Source: an uncultured archaeon
Lineage (GTDB): Archaea > Aenigmatarchaeota > Aenigmatarchaeia > CG10238-14 > SCSR01
DNA length: 64,000 nt
Assembly (NCBI GenBank): GCA_964512235.1
Contig: CAZEGD010000001.1
Span: 42,874 to 106,873, forward strand
Direction: 5' to 3'
The notes beneath the pieces were generated by a model. It ran no database searches, was not told the DNA's origin, and worked only from the letters and a program-made list of their open reading frames with translations. Numbering within the stretch: position 1 is the stretch's first letter; each line of letters starts with the position of its first letter. Made by a program: the position numbers and the translations under genes. Below are positions 53,850 to 63,527 of this stretch, piece after piece.

Positions 53850-54197
53850 TTACCTCGGATTCAAAATTTTGACCTTCAGCTCCTTCGCCTTTTCAATTAT
53901 TTCTGCACGCTTTTTCTTTCCAATTTTTGCTGCTATTCTTGCAGCTTCCTTTTTTACATCGATTTTTTGCAATTCAACTGCATTGTGTATGATTACTTCC
54001 CTCAATCCAGACGGATGCAGACCGCGTATGCGTCTAGCTGCACTGTAGCCTATGTGTGGCATTTTTGCCTTTCCCTTCTCGCCTCTGCGCATCTTGCTTT
54101 GACTGCCTTTAGTCTTGCGCCACTTGACTCTCTTCAGCCTCTTTAGCGAGCGCCAGTCCTGACGTTTGAATTTTGGCTTCTTTTTCCTCTTTGCCAT
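53850..54197 (-). CDS. rpl32e: Ribosomal protein L32e (eL32)
   Basis: KFKRQDWRSLKRLKRVKWRKTKGSQSKMR...GYSAARRIRGLHPSG. Confidence 0.9.
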   Translation of the reverse strand: MAKRKKKPKFKRQDWRSLKRLKRVKWRKTKGSQSKMRRGEKGKAKMPHIGYSAARRIRGLHPSGLREVIIHNAVELQKIDVKKEAARIAAKIGKKKRAEIIEKAKELKVKILNPR

Positions 54198-54210
54198 AAA
54201 GCTTCACCCT

Positions 54211-54759
54211 TCAATCCTTTCCTCTTTCCCTTGTCACACGATAGATGCCATCTTGAAAGACTTTTCTGTCATGCTTCTTTATCTTCGTGGCCTGCTCGAG
54301 GTTTGCAGATGTCTGTGCGACATCTTCCACGTCTATTCCCGTCACAGTTATGTCCGCGCCCTTTACTTCCACTTTTGTGTCACCGACTATCTTTCCTACA
54401 CGTGGTATCTTTTCGCCAAGGAAATTTTGCACGAACACTTGTTTGTTCGCATCATCGACTTTTATAGTCACTGGAAAATGAGAGTAGACTACTTTCAGCG
54501 TATATGTATACCCTTTAGTTACGCCATGTATCATATTCCTCACATGCGCAATTATCGTACCCACTAGAGCTTTGACTTTTCTGCGCTCCGATTCTGAAGA
54601 TACTTTCAATTTGTTGCCCGCAATTTCAATCTTCACACTACCATTTCCGAATTCCCTCTCCAAGCTGCCCTTCTCTCCAGATATCTTTATTTTTCTCCCT
54701 TGCAGCTCAGCCGTAACGCCTTCTGGAATCTTAATCTCTTTCGAATACATAGCCATCAC
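54211..54759 (-). CDS. rpl6: Ribosomal protein L6 (uL6)
   Basis: IKIPEGVTAELQGRKIKISGEKGSLEREF...GYTYTLKVVYSHFP. Confidence 0.92.
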   Translation of the reverse strand: MMAMYSKEIKIPEGVTAELQGRKIKISGEKGSLEREFGNGSVKIEIAGNKLKVSSESERRKVKALVGTIIAHVRNMIHGVTKGYTYTLKVVYSHFPVTIKVDDANKQVFVQNFLGEKIPRVGKIVGDTKVEVKGADITVTGIDVEDVAQTSANLEQATKIKKHDRKVFQDGIYRVTRERGKD

Positions 54760-55146
54760 TCAATACACAAACGCCAATATCTTCCCACCTATCTGCAACT
54801 GCTTAGCTTTTTTATGTTCCATTATGCCTTTAGGCGTGCTCAGAATCAGCAGCCCAAACTCCCTCGCAGGCAGAAAACGCTTCTCCCATTTTTCAAATTC
54901 CGCAGCCTTCACAGAGAATCTCGGCTTGACGACGTTGCAATCTATTATTTTTCCTTTGAGCTCTATTTTGTACTTACCGCCCCTACCATCTTCCACATAT
55001 TCATAAGTCCCTATGTAGCCCGATTCTTGCAGAATCTTAAGCACTTCACCAATAACTTTAGAAGCAGTAGTGATACAGCTAACTTTCCCTGTATGTTCAG
55101 CATTTTTTATTGTACTCAATACATCAGCCAACGGGTCATGGAGCAT
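54760..55146 (-). CDS. rps8: Ribosomal protein S8 (uS8)
   Basis: DPLADVLSTIKNAEHTGK...ILKILQESGYIG. Confidence 0.92.
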   Translation of the reverse strand: MLHDPLADVLSTIKNAEHTGKVSCITTASKVIGEVLKILQESGYIGTYEYVEDGRGGKYKIELKGKIIDCNVVKPRFSVKAAEFEKWEKRFLPAREFGLLILSTPKGIMEHKKAKQLQIGGKILAFVY

Positions 55147-55293
55147 TTGTATTCACCTTCCTTTCTATTGTTTTTATTCTTAAATAGTTGCGGCCAAAGC
55201 CGCTCCCATTCCAAATACGACTCTAACTACCCATTCCACATTATAATGTAAAGGATATTATAATTTAAAAGGTTTAAATGTTTTTTGAGAAAA

Positions 55294-55367
55294 TGCGTCG
55301 AGCGGGATTTGAACCCGCGTTGCGAGCTTGGAAGGCTCGAGTCTTAGCCAGGCTGGACCATCGACGC
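55294..55367 (-). tRNA. tRNA-Trp (anticodon CCA), intronless
   Basis: Acceptor GCGTCGA/TCGACGC. Anticodon stem GAGCC/GCTCG, loop TTCCAAG. T arm GCGGG-TTCAAAT-CCCGC. Confidence 0.9.
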
Positions 55368-55410
55368 ATGTCAAGTCTCTAAATAGACTTTATGATTAAT
55401 AAATCTTAAG

Positions 55411-55935
55411 CTATTGGCTATACAACTCTTTGATTCTTTTAACGCCGTTGAACTCTAAGATTTTTTCACGCACTTGATCGGGGACCATCTTCTTCCAGTC
55501 TTCATCCCCGACTGCAATCATATCCCTTACTTTTCCGCCCGAAATTCTTGCTTCGTCTCTTTCCATCAGAGTTTTTATGACTCTGTACCCTTCATTTTCG
55601 AATAGTTTTTTGATTGAGCCGTTAGCATAGATTATATCGAACTTTGGTGTAAGTCTCTTTACATTAGACATCCATATCGAATCAGAATTCACATCGTTGA
55701 TGGCTACAATGCTGTATTTCACTCCAATATCTTTCAGGACAGATTCAACTATTTCTTTCCTTTCATTTATGGTAAATGGATCTCCTTTTGTATGCGAATA
55801 CTGCGCACTTCCAATAACAATGACGATTTCTTCAATCCCATCTCTTCTCATTCTCTCTAAAACTGTAAGATGCCCGGAATGAAAGGGTTGGAACCTACCT
55901 ACAAACAAAGCTCTCCTCATAACTCCTATCACCAA
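55411..55935 (-). CDS. nadM: Nicotinamide-nucleotide adenylyltransferase (archaeal NadM type)
   Basis: RALFVGRFQPFHSGHL (the H/TxGH cytidylyltransferase motif). Confidence 0.85.
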   Translation of the reverse strand: MVIGVMRRALFVGRFQPFHSGHLTVLERMRRDGIEEIVIVIGSAQYSHTKGDPFTINERKEIVESVLKDIGVKYSIVAINDVNSDSIWMSNVKRLTPKFDIIYANGSIKKLFENEGYRVIKTLMERDEARISGGKVRDMIAVGDEDWKKMVPDQVREKILEFNGVKRIKELYSQ

Positions 55936-56004
55936 AGTCTATACATTCTACTATATCTCTAAAAAGCATTTTTAAAAGTTTAATCGTCCAAGGCTTGGAA
56001 GTGC

Positions 56005-57333
56005 CTATTTAGATTTCTTCTTTTTCCATTTCTTAATTACATCATTTAGCTTCAGCCTGCTCACTTCATTCAGTGTATATTGCACACGAACAGTAGGTTT
56101 GTTGAGTTTCATAAACCTGCACAGATCGATTGGTGTCCCCATTAGCACAAAGTCGCACTTCACAGCATTTATAGTCTTTTCAAGCTCGCGTATCTGTTTT
56201 TTGCTATATCCCATTGCCGGGAGCACCGGACCCAGATGCTTGAATTCTTCATAGACCTTTTCTATAGACCCTACGTCGTATTTTCTTGGATTGACTATTT
56301 TGCAGCGATTTTCTTTTGCTATTATATAGGCCGCACCCGTAGGTAGTCCTCCATGTGTAAGCGTCGGTCCATCTTCCACACAGAGCACGCGCTTTCCCCT
56401 AATCAGCTTAAGGACTTCAGGTTTCTTTACGCCAACTTTCATATCAGCGTATATTATCTTTGCCTTTGGGTTCGATGCACGCACATTCTTCCTCACAATT
56501 TCCACATCTTTCACTTTGGCTGAATAGATTTTGTTTATTATCACAACATCAGCCATTCTCAAATTTGTTTCACCTGGATGGTATGTGAGCTCGTGCCCGG
56601 GCCTTCTTGCATCTGCAACTACTATTAAGAGGTCTGGTTTGTAAAAGGAGAAATCGTTATTGCCACCATCCCATACGATGATGTCTGCTTCACGCTCGGC
56701 AGCACGCAGAATCTTTTCATAATCCACACCGGAATAGATGACTATGCCAATATCTATAAACGGTTCATACTCCTCCCGTTCTTCTATAGTACATTTGTAT
56801 CTGTCCAGACCATCGTAGCTGTCATATTTCTCCACAGTCTTCTTAGCTAGCATGCCATATGCCATAGGATGGCGGATGGCAACGACTCTGTAGCCACGGT
56901 CTTTCAGTAGTTTGCATATCTTTCTAGAAGTCGGGCTCTTGCCCGCGCCCGTGCGCACTGAACATACTGCAATCAATGGCTTCTTTGACTTTATCATCGT
57001 CTCCTTTGGCCCGAGGAGTCTAAAGCTAGCGCCTGTTGCTAGAACGATGGATGCTTTGTGCATTACATACTCATGCGATACATCGCTATACGAGAAAACT
57101 ACTTCGTCCACATCAAATTTTTTAATCAACTCTTGTAGCTTTGATTCAGGATATATTGGAATGCCATGAGGGTACAGCTTGCCAGCGAGCTTCTTCGGAT
57201 ATTTGCGTCTTGCTATGCCAGGAATTTGTGTCGCAGTAAAAGCTACGACTCTGTATTTTTTGTTATTGCGAAAATATACATTGAAGTTATGGAAGTCCCT
57301 GCCAGCGGCGCCCATTATGATGACTCTTTTCAT
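56005..57333 (-). CDS. COG2403-type P-loop protein (predicted GTPase / cyclic 2,3-diphosphoglycerate synthetase-like)
   Basis: RVIIMGAAGRDFHNFN and AVCSVRTGAGKSPTSR (P-loop). The family was assigned from memory. Confidence 0.5.
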   Translation of the reverse strand: MKRVIIMGAAGRDFHNFNVYFRNNKKYRVVAFTATQIPGIARRKYPKKLAGKLYPHGIPIYPESKLQELIKKFDVDEVVFSYSDVSHEYVMHKASIVLATGASFRLLGPKETMIKSKKPLIAVCSVRTGAGKSPTSRKICKLLKDRGYRVVAIRHPMAYGMLAKKTVEKYDSYDGLDRYKCTIEEREEYEPFIDIGIVIYSGVDYEKILRAAEREADIIVWDGGNNDFSFYKPDLLIVVADARRPGHELTYHPGETNLRMADVVIINKIYSAKVKDVEIVRKNVRASNPKAKIIYADMKVGVKKPEVLKLIRGKRVLCVEDGPTLTHGGLPTGAAYIIAKENRCKIVNPRKYDVGSIEKVYEEFKHLGPVLPAMGYSKKQIRELEKTINAVKCDFVLMGTPIDLCRFMKLNKPTVRVQYTLNEVSRLKLNDVIKKWKKKKSK

Positions 57334-57336
57334 ATG

Positions 57337-57900
57337 TTATAGTTTGTTTCTGTGCAATAAATTTTTCAATTTTTTGAAATCCTGCTGTAGCTTCACTTTG
57401 TTCCTTGTAGCTCGTATGCCAGCGGCCGGGTGGAATGTGAGAAAATATAGACTGCCATCTCTACGGACAGTCTTGCCATGGATTTTGTTTATGCCATCCA
57501 TCTTGCCGAGGATTGTCTTTATCGCAGTGTTGCCAAGGAGGACAATGACTTTCGGTTTGATAATTTTAATCTGTTTTTCAAGATAAGGCATGCATGTGTC
57601 GATCTCTTTTTGCTTAGGCTTCCTGTTTTTAGGCGGCCTGCATTTTACTGGGCTTGTGATGAATGTACTTTTTCGCTTCAATCCCATGGATTCTATCAAT
57701 TCAGTCAGAAGCTTTCCACAACGGCCAATAAACGGCCTACCTGTTTCATCTTCTGTGCGTCCGGGAGCTTCGCCTATAAACATTATTTTAGCTCTACTCA
57801 ATCCTTCGCCTGGTACTGCATGCGTACGCGTCTTATACAAACCGCATTTTTTACAAACTCTAGTTTTCCTATGTAATTGATTCAATCTTTTATTGTCCAA
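57337..57900 (-). CDS. udg: Uracil-DNA glycosylase, family 4
   Basis: CKKCGLYKTRTHAVPGEG...IMFIGEAPGRTEDETGRPFIGRCGKLL. Confidence 0.88.
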   Translation of the reverse strand: MDNKRLNQLHRKTRVCKKCGLYKTRTHAVPGEGLSRAKIMFIGEAPGRTEDETGRPFIGRCGKLLTELIESMGLKRKSTFITSPVKCRPPKNRKPKQKEIDTCMPYLEKQIKIIKPKVIVLLGNTAIKTILGKMDGINKIHGKTVRRDGSLYFLTFHPAAGIRATRNKVKLQQDFKKLKNLLHRNKL

Positions 57901-57973
57901 AAATTACAACCCCAAATATTTACTTATATTTTGCAACGCCTCTAAATCACTTAAAATTAACTATAAAACAAAA

Positions 57974-58501
57974 TCAGCCTAATTCCATTTCTCTCTTCAT
58001 CCAATAAACATCTTCTTTGCTGCGCTTTGTTTCTTTAACTTCTTCCTTGGGTTCTTCGATCTTTGGTTCTTCCTTGGGTTGCGTCTGTATTTCTCCTATT
58101 GCCGACTTAATTCTATTCATTATCTCAGTCAACTGCTCTTTTGTCATCTTCTTGATTTTAGTTCTGTCCGGAAGGGACGGGTGTCCGTCATTCTCAAACC
58201 TCGGCAGCACGTGTATATGCGCGTGCTCCACCGCCATTTCTCCAAAGCCCATTGTAAAGAAGTTTACTGTGGATGCGTCAAGAACTTTAATTGCAGCAAG
58301 CGCAACCCCTTTTGCAACTTCCCAGTATTCGCCGAATTCTTCCACTTCAAAAGTCCATCTTTTGTGCTGTTTGGGTATAACTAACATATGGCCGGGATTA
58401 AGCGGGTTTATGTCTAGAAAAGCGAGAAATTTGTCATCTTCATACACAGTAAAAGTTGGCATCTGCTTTGCTGCAATCTTGCAGAATATGCACTCTCCCA
58501 T
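57974..58501 (-). CDS. HIT-family nucleotide hydrolase/transferase with K/E-rich tail
   Basis: CIFCKI, NPGHMLVIPKQH and HAHIHVLPR (histidine triad). Confidence 0.88.
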   Translation of the reverse strand: MGECIFCKIAAKQMPTFTVYEDDKFLAFLDINPLNPGHMLVIPKQHKRWTFEVEEFGEYWEVAKGVALAAIKVLDASTVNFFTMGFGEMAVEHAHIHVLPRFENDGHPSLPDRTKIKKMTKEQLTEIMNRIKSAIGEIQTQPKEEPKIEEPKEEVKETKRSKEDVYWMKREMELG

Positions 58502-58535
58502 ACTCTATTTTTCTATGGGAGGAATTTAAGTTTGT

Positions 58536-59519
58536 TTATTTACTCAGCTGTTCGTAAACCAGAATGGCCGTAATAAGATCTTCGTGTGCGACTCCTGTCG
58601 ATTTGAAGAATGTTATTTCTTTGTCATTGGTCCTGCCCTTTGCTTTTCCTATTAGTACGTTGCCTATGGGTGTAAGATTGGACTTTTTTATAATCTTCTT
58701 TGTCAGCCCTTGGCAGACTTCACCAGAGTTTATGCACTGCTCCATATCATCTACGAAAATTTTTGATTTCTTAAGCACTTCTGGTTCAAACTCGATTTTG
58801 TGTTTGGAGTCTGCGCCTACGCCGTTGACATGCATGCCATTAGTGATGAGTTTGGATGATATGAATGGTTCTGTGGTTGGAGTCAGAGTCGTCACTATAT
58901 CCGAGTCATTTATCGCTTCTTCCACAGAGTTCGATATAACTATCTCAACGCCAAATTCTTTCTCATAACTCTTGAAATTCTCCATAGCGTCTTTCGAAGT
59001 GTCAAATATTTTTATCTTATCTATCGACGGTCTGACTGTGAGAATGCCTTTAACTTGGTAGAATGCCTGCTTGCCAATGCCAATTATGCACATCGTCTTG
59101 ACGTCTTTTCTTGCCAAAGCGTCTGTTGCGACCGCTGTTGCCGCTCCAGTTCGGTAAGCAGTAAGCTCTTCTGCCTGCATGATTGCAAGGAGCTTTTGCG
59201 TTTCTGCATCCCTCAGGATGTATTCACCAATCACCGTAGGTATACCCTTGCCAATGTTCTTTGGCGCGACACAGACTACTTTCACACCGCAGTATTTTCC
59301 GCCTTTGTATTCTGTAAGATATGCCGGCATGCACCGCATATCAGACTCAAAAGGAGTATTCACATATATTTTGTGCGGTATGTCTGCTTTGCCTGCTGCA
59401 CTCTGTTCAAACCCCTTTCTTATCTCTTCTATGTACTTTTTCCAGCCAATCTTTTCTATGAGTGTACGCACGTCATCATTAGTAAAAATGGGTATACCAA
59501 GCTCTCCTGAGACTTTCAT
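58536..59519 (-). CDS. Ornithine cyclodeaminase / mu-crystallin family (archaeal alanine dehydrogenase-like)
   Basis: TAYRTGAATAVATDALARKD and IIGIGKQAF (Rossmann). Confidence 0.75.
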   Translation of the reverse strand: MKVSGELGIPIFTNDDVRTLIEKIGWKKYIEEIRKGFEQSAAGKADIPHKIYVNTPFESDMRCMPAYLTEYKGGKYCGVKVVCVAPKNIGKGIPTVIGEYILRDAETQKLLAIMQAEELTAYRTGAATAVATDALARKDVKTMCIIGIGKQAFYQVKGILTVRPSIDKIKIFDTSKDAMENFKSYEKEFGVEIVISNSVEEAINDSDIVTTLTPTTEPFISSKLITNGMHVNGVGADSKHKIEFEPEVLKKSKIFVDDMEQCINSGEVCQGLTKKIIKKSNLTPIGNVLIGKAKGRTNDKEITFFKSTGVAHEDLITAILVYEQLSK

Positions 59520-59571
59520 AATGTTAATTAGAGAGCGCGAAATTTAAACTTTCAGTAGTTATTTAAAGATT

Positions 59572-59579
59572 TTTATATA
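59572..59579 (+). promoter_or_regulatory. Candidate TATA box for the L3 operon
   Basis: tttatata preceded by aaag (BRE-like), ~92 nt upstream of the L3 ATG. This implies a ~65-nt leader. Confidence 0.3.
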
Positions 59580-59670
59580 ATGTTATTAAATTGAATATAG
59601 TCGATAACCGGCGGTCGACGGGCAGGAATGGGTTAAAACAGATATTTGACCCGTTTAGAAGGTGTAGTAG

Positions 59671-60654
59671 ATGGTAAGGCATTCGAAGCCTAGAGAAGGC
59701 AGTAAAGCATATTGGCCAAGGAAGCGAGTTAGACGTATTTATCCACGGATGAAAAGGTATCCAAAGTCAGACGAAGCTAAGCCCCTTACGTTTGCCGGAT
59801 ACAAGGCTGGAATGCTGCATGCGATCGTGGTAGACAACAAAAAAGGCTCACCGAGCTTTGGACAGGAAATCAGCATACCTATAACCGTTCTCGATTGCCC
59901 GCCATTGTTCGCTGTTGGTATGCGTGCCTATAAAATGACTCCTAAGGGTTTGGTAGTTTTGAATGAAACTTGGGCGAGCAAGATCCCGAAAGACGTTGCA
60001 AGTTCTCTAGAGAGGAAAGTGAAGACGAAGGGTGTGAAAACTGATGAAAAATTGGCTGAGATTGAAAAGGTAATTGATTCTGCGCATACGATAAGGATGA
60101 TTGTTGCGACTCAACCGAAGCTTGCTGCCGTGGGAAAGAAAAGGCCGGAATTGTTTGAGATTGAAGTTGCCGGCAAGGCTGCAAAAGAAAAGTTTGAATT
60201 TGCAAAATCCATTCTAGGCAAGGAAATCAAAGCGAATGAGGTTGTAAAAGAAGGCGAACTTGTGGATGCCATAGCCATAACCACGGGCAAAGGTACAGTC
60301 GGACCAGTGAAGAGATTCGGAATCAAAATCCAGAATAGACATGCTAAAGGAAAAAGAAGGCACACAGGAACACTGGGACAGGAAAGACCGGGAAAGGTCA
60401 GGACTACTGTTCCCATGGCAGGTCAGATGGGAATGTTTAGACGTACGGAGATAAACAAGCGCGTATTGAAAATCGGTTCTGCTGATATCACGCCAGTATC
60501 TGGTTTCAATAGATATGGCATTGTAAAGGGAGATTATGTAATTATTGAAGGTTCGGTACCTGGACCGAAGAAGAGATTGGTGTTTATGCGGTCTGCTATA
60601 AGACCTAGAGGGGTAAAAATTGCTGTAAAAGAAGTGAAGAAGATTGTGAAGTGA
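59671..60654 (+). CDS. rpl3: Ribosomal protein L3 (uL3)
   Basis: SKPREGSKAYWPRKR...FAGYKAGMLH...GKGTVGPVKRFG. Confidence 0.93.
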   Translation: MVRHSKPREGSKAYWPRKRVRRIYPRMKRYPKSDEAKPLTFAGYKAGMLHAIVVDNKKGSPSFGQEISIPITVLDCPPLFAVGMRAYKMTPKGLVVLNETWASKIPKDVASSLERKVKTKGVKTDEKLAEIEKVIDSAHTIRMIVATQPKLAAVGKKRPELFEIEVAGKAAKEKFEFAKSILGKEIKANEVVKEGELVDAIAITTGKGTVGPVKRFGIKIQNRHAKGKRRHTGTLGQERPGKVRTTVPMAGQMGMFRRTEINKRVLKIGSADITPVSGFNRYGIVKGDYVIIEGSVPGPKKRLVFMRSAIRPRGVKIAVKEVKKIVK

Positions 60655-61457
60655 TGTGTATGGCAAAAGTGAACGTGTATAATATAGATGGAAAAGCTGT
60701 GGGAACGGTAGACTTGCCTAAAGTTTTCAATACTGATTTGAGAGAGGACTTGATTCTACGCGCGGTACTCACTTCACAGAGCAATCGCAGGCAACCGTAT
60801 GGAACGGATGTGACAGCTGGCATGAAGACATCTGCACACTATCATGGCCGTCGTAGACGTGTTAGATGGAGTATGATGGGCAAGGAAATGGCGAGGATGA
60901 GCAGGTTGCATGGTAAAATACCTGGTTATCTGATGTACCGTGCAAGGAGAGTCCCGCAGTCAGTAAAGGGGAGGAGCGCACATCCTCCATTGGTTGAAAA
61001 GATATGGAAGCAGGGTATAAACAAAAAAGAGCGCAAGCTCGCAATAAAATCTGCTATTGCAGCTACAGCTGACAAAGATTTAGTAGCGCAACGTGGCCAT
61101 AAAATCAAAAATGTGAAAGAACTCCCAATAATTGTAAGTGATGCCATAGAAGAAATCAAAAAGACCGCTGACGTGAAGAAAGCTTTGGAGGCTTTAGGAC
61201 TTAATGATGAGTTGAAGAGAATCGGAAAGAGAAAAATCCGTGCAGGTAAGGGTAAAGCACGCGGTAGGAAGTATAGAAAGAAAGTGGGACCGTTGATTGT
61301 TGTCGTGAATGACAAGGGAATAAGCAAAGCTGTGAAGAGTATGAGTGGTGTGGATGCCGTAAGAATTGGAGAGCTCTCAGCAGAGGCATTGGCACCTGGA
61401 ACGATGCCTGGCAGAGTGACGATATGGAGTAAGGGAGCTGTTGAAAAATTGAAATAA
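60654..61457 (+). CDS. rpl4: Ribosomal protein L4 (uL4)
   Basis: AKVNVYNIDGKAVGTVDLPKVF...RRQPYG. ATG 60654 overlaps the L3 stop (TGATG). An alternative ATG lies at 60660. Confidence 0.9.
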   Translation: MCMAKVNVYNIDGKAVGTVDLPKVFNTDLREDLILRAVLTSQSNRRQPYGTDVTAGMKTSAHYHGRRRRVRWSMMGKEMARMSRLHGKIPGYLMYRARRVPQSVKGRSAHPPLVEKIWKQGINKKERKLAIKSAIAATADKDLVAQRGHKIKNVKELPIIVSDAIEEIKKTADVKKALEALGLNDELKRIGKRKIRAGKGKARGRKYRKKVGPLIVVVNDKGISKAVKSMSGVDAVRIGELSAEALAPGTMPGRVTIWSKGAVEKLK

Positions 61458-61470
61458 TTGTGTGGTATGT

Positions 61471-61794
61471 ATGGCTGCAAAAATAAAAAAAGCTGCAAGG
61501 AAGAAGCTGGTTAAAGCTGTAAAAGTCAAAGTCAAGGACCCGTGGAAGGTATTGAAGTATTCATACCTGACGGAAAAATCGATGAGTCTGGTGGAACGTG
61601 CCAATACCATAGTCTTTATCGTCGACCAGAAAGCGACTAAGCACCAAATCAAGCAGGCATTCGAGCAGGTATTCGAGGTGAAGGTGGACAGGGTGAATAC
61701 GATGATAACATCAGATGCGGAGAAGAAAGCATTTATAAAATTGAAGAAGGGGTACAAAGCTGCAGATGTTGCAGTAAAGCTTGGAGCAATATGA
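61471..61794 (+). CDS. rpl23: Ribosomal protein L23 (uL23)
   Basis: DPWKVLKYSYLTEKSMSLVERANTIVFIVDQKATKHQIKQAFEQVFEVKVDRVNT. Confidence 0.9.
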   Translation: MAAKIKKAARKKLVKAVKVKVKDPWKVLKYSYLTEKSMSLVERANTIVFIVDQKATKHQIKQAFEQVFEVKVDRVNTMITSDAEKKAFIKLKKGYKAADVAVKLGAI

Positions 61795-61808
61795 TTGGGT
61801 GATATGAT

Positions 61809-62057
61809 ATGTATTCAAGTTGTAGCATGAATATTCCAAGAATGCATGTTGGACATCTTATATTAGATGAACTAAAAAAAGATGGTATTGAAGAGTCGGA
61901 GTATGTGATAGACATAATTAACAATGTGTTAGATAAGTACAATTTAAATGCTGTTATTAGAGGTCTTAAATTAGTTGCAAATGTACCGGACCTTCCAGAA
62001 ATGTGTACAATTTATAGAGAAGTCAAATCAAAAATAGATTCGAAACAGGTGTCTTAA
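61809..62057 (+). CDS. ORFan (82 aa or shorter) inserted between L23 and L2
   Basis: ORF only. Its TAA overlaps the L2 ATG (TAATG at 62055-62059). It is AT-rich compared with its neighbours. Confidence 0.35.
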   Translation: MYSSCSMNIPRMHVGHLILDELKKDGIEESEYVIDIINNVLDKYNLNAVIRGLKLVANVPDLPEMCTIYREVKSKIDSKQVS

Positions 62058-62761
62058 TGGGAAAAAGAATAATTGCACGTGCGAGGGGAAAGGGTGGTCC
62101 GCGCTACCGCGCACCTAGCCATCGGTATCGTGGAAAAGTAGAGTATGCCAAAGCCAAAAAGGCAAAAGGCGTAGTGGTAGATATAGTACACGATCCTGGT
62201 CGCAGTGCACCCGTTGCAATCATAAAATTCGAAAGCGGTGAGAAACTTTTGCATGTGGCTCCAGAAGGCATGTATGTGGGTGATATTGTGGAATATAGGG
62301 GAAAGGTAAAAGTTGGGAATGTATTAAATTTGTCTGACCTACCAGTTGGCACGCGCGTGTCTGGGGTAGAGAGCTATTATGGATCTGGGCCTAAGTTCTG
62401 CCGCAGCTCAGGTTCGTTCGCAACAGTTGCAAACGTCGCTGCGGACACAGTCACTTTGAAATTTTCATCTGGTAAGCTCAAAAGTTTTAAGGGCACTTGT
62501 AGAGCTACAATAGGTGTACCTGCAGGTGGTGGTAGACTCGAGAAGCCATGGGCCAAGGCAGGCAAGCGCTCGCATGCAATGCTGGCACGCGGCAAGCTCT
62601 ATCCGCGCACAGTTGGTGTGGCTATGACAGCGACAGACCATCCATTTGGTGGAAGCAGGAAAGCGCCAAGGCCATCTGGGAATGTGAGTAGGCATGCGCC
62701 ACCGGGAGCCAAAGTCGGTAGCATATCACCTAGACGTACAGGTAGGAGAAAGAGGAAGTGA
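62057..62761 (+). CDS. rpl2: Ribosomal protein L2 (uL2)
   Basis: GKRIIARARGKGGPRYRAPSHRY...MTATDHPFGGS. Confidence 0.93.
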   Translation: MGKRIIARARGKGGPRYRAPSHRYRGKVEYAKAKKAKGVVVDIVHDPGRSAPVAIIKFESGEKLLHVAPEGMYVGDIVEYRGKVKVGNVLNLSDLPVGTRVSGVESYYGSGPKFCRSSGSFATVANVAADTVTLKFSSGKLKSFKGTCRATIGVPAGGGRLEKPWAKAGKRSHAMLARGKLYPRTVGVAMTATDHPFGGSRKAPRPSGNVSRHAPPGAKVGSISPRRTGRRKRK

Positions 62762-62765
62762 TTAG

Positions 62766-63149
62766 ATGCCAAAAAAATTCAGTTACAGAGGTTATAGCTT
62801 AGAAGAATTGAGAAAGCTCAGTATAGATGAATTTACAAAACTTGTGAAGAGCAGGGAAAGACGTGCACTCAAACGGGGCCTGACTGATGCGCAGAAGAAG
62901 TTGCTAGAGAATGTACGTAAGAATCCGAAAGGATTTCACAAGACGCACGAGCGTGATATGATAATTTTACCGGAGATGGTTGATGTAAAGTTCGGTGTGT
63001 ACAACGGCAAAGAATGGATTACTGTAGAAGTGAAACCAGAAATGATCGGTCATCGACTGGGTGAATTTTCACTCACTAGACAGCGCATAAAGCACAGCGC
63101 TCCGGGTGTAGGCGCTTCCAGAAGCAGTAAGCACGTATCAATCAAATAA
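62766..63149 (+). CDS. rps19: Ribosomal protein S19 (uS19)
   Basis: FSYRGYSLEEL...VYNGKEWITVEVKPEMIGHRLGEFSLTR. Confidence 0.92.
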   Translation: MPKKFSYRGYSLEELRKLSIDEFTKLVKSRERRALKRGLTDAQKKLLENVRKNPKGFHKTHERDMIILPEMVDVKFGVYNGKEWITVEVKPEMIGHRLGEFSLTRQRIKHSAPGVGASRSSKHVSIK

Positions 63150-63158
63150 AGTGGTTAG

Positions 63159-63527
63159 ATGAAAAAACGAAAGACGGCAACGGCAAGAGCGACAGAAGCT
63201 AGGATTTCGCTAAAGCACAGTGTAATAATATGCAAAGCACTCAAAGGAAAACGATTGGAGAAAGCAATAGACTTGCTTGAAGGCATGTCCATGGGCAAGC
63301 TCGACTTGGATGGTAAGTACTATACGAGTGCATCAAAGAAGTTGCTTGAGATGCTTAATGCTGCAGGAGCAAATGCTGCGCAGAAAGGCATGGACTCTAC
63401 TAAGCTCTTTGTAGCAGCGGCAAAGCCGAATAAAGGTAGGGGTTTTATGAGACCAAGAAGCCGTGCAAAGCTACGAGGAAGATATGCAAAATCCACAAAC
63501 ATTGAAATAATTTTGGAGGAACGATAA
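63159..63527 (+). CDS. rpl22: Ribosomal protein L22 (uL22)
   Basis: ARISLKHSVIICKALKGKRLEKAIDLLE...RGRYAKSTNIEIIL. Confidence 0.85.
   Translation: MKKRKTATARATEARISLKHSVIICKALKGKRLEKAIDLLEGMSMGKLDLDGKYYTSASKKLLEMLNAAGANAAQKGMDSTKLFVAAAKPNKGRGFMRPRSRAKLRGRYAKSTNIEIILEER

Noticed and set aside
55190-55203. The hairpin gcggc-caaa-gccgc between tRNA-Trp and S8.
   Set aside because: It is a short isolated stem-loop, compatible with ordinary processing or termination. There is nothing to distinguish it.
59590-59670. A relatively GC-rich leader upstream of L3, with small stems (GTCGA...TCGAC; GGGTT...TGACCC), considered as a possible autoregulatory structure.
   Set aside because: The stems are only 5 bp and I have no covariation evidence. 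This is too weak to call.
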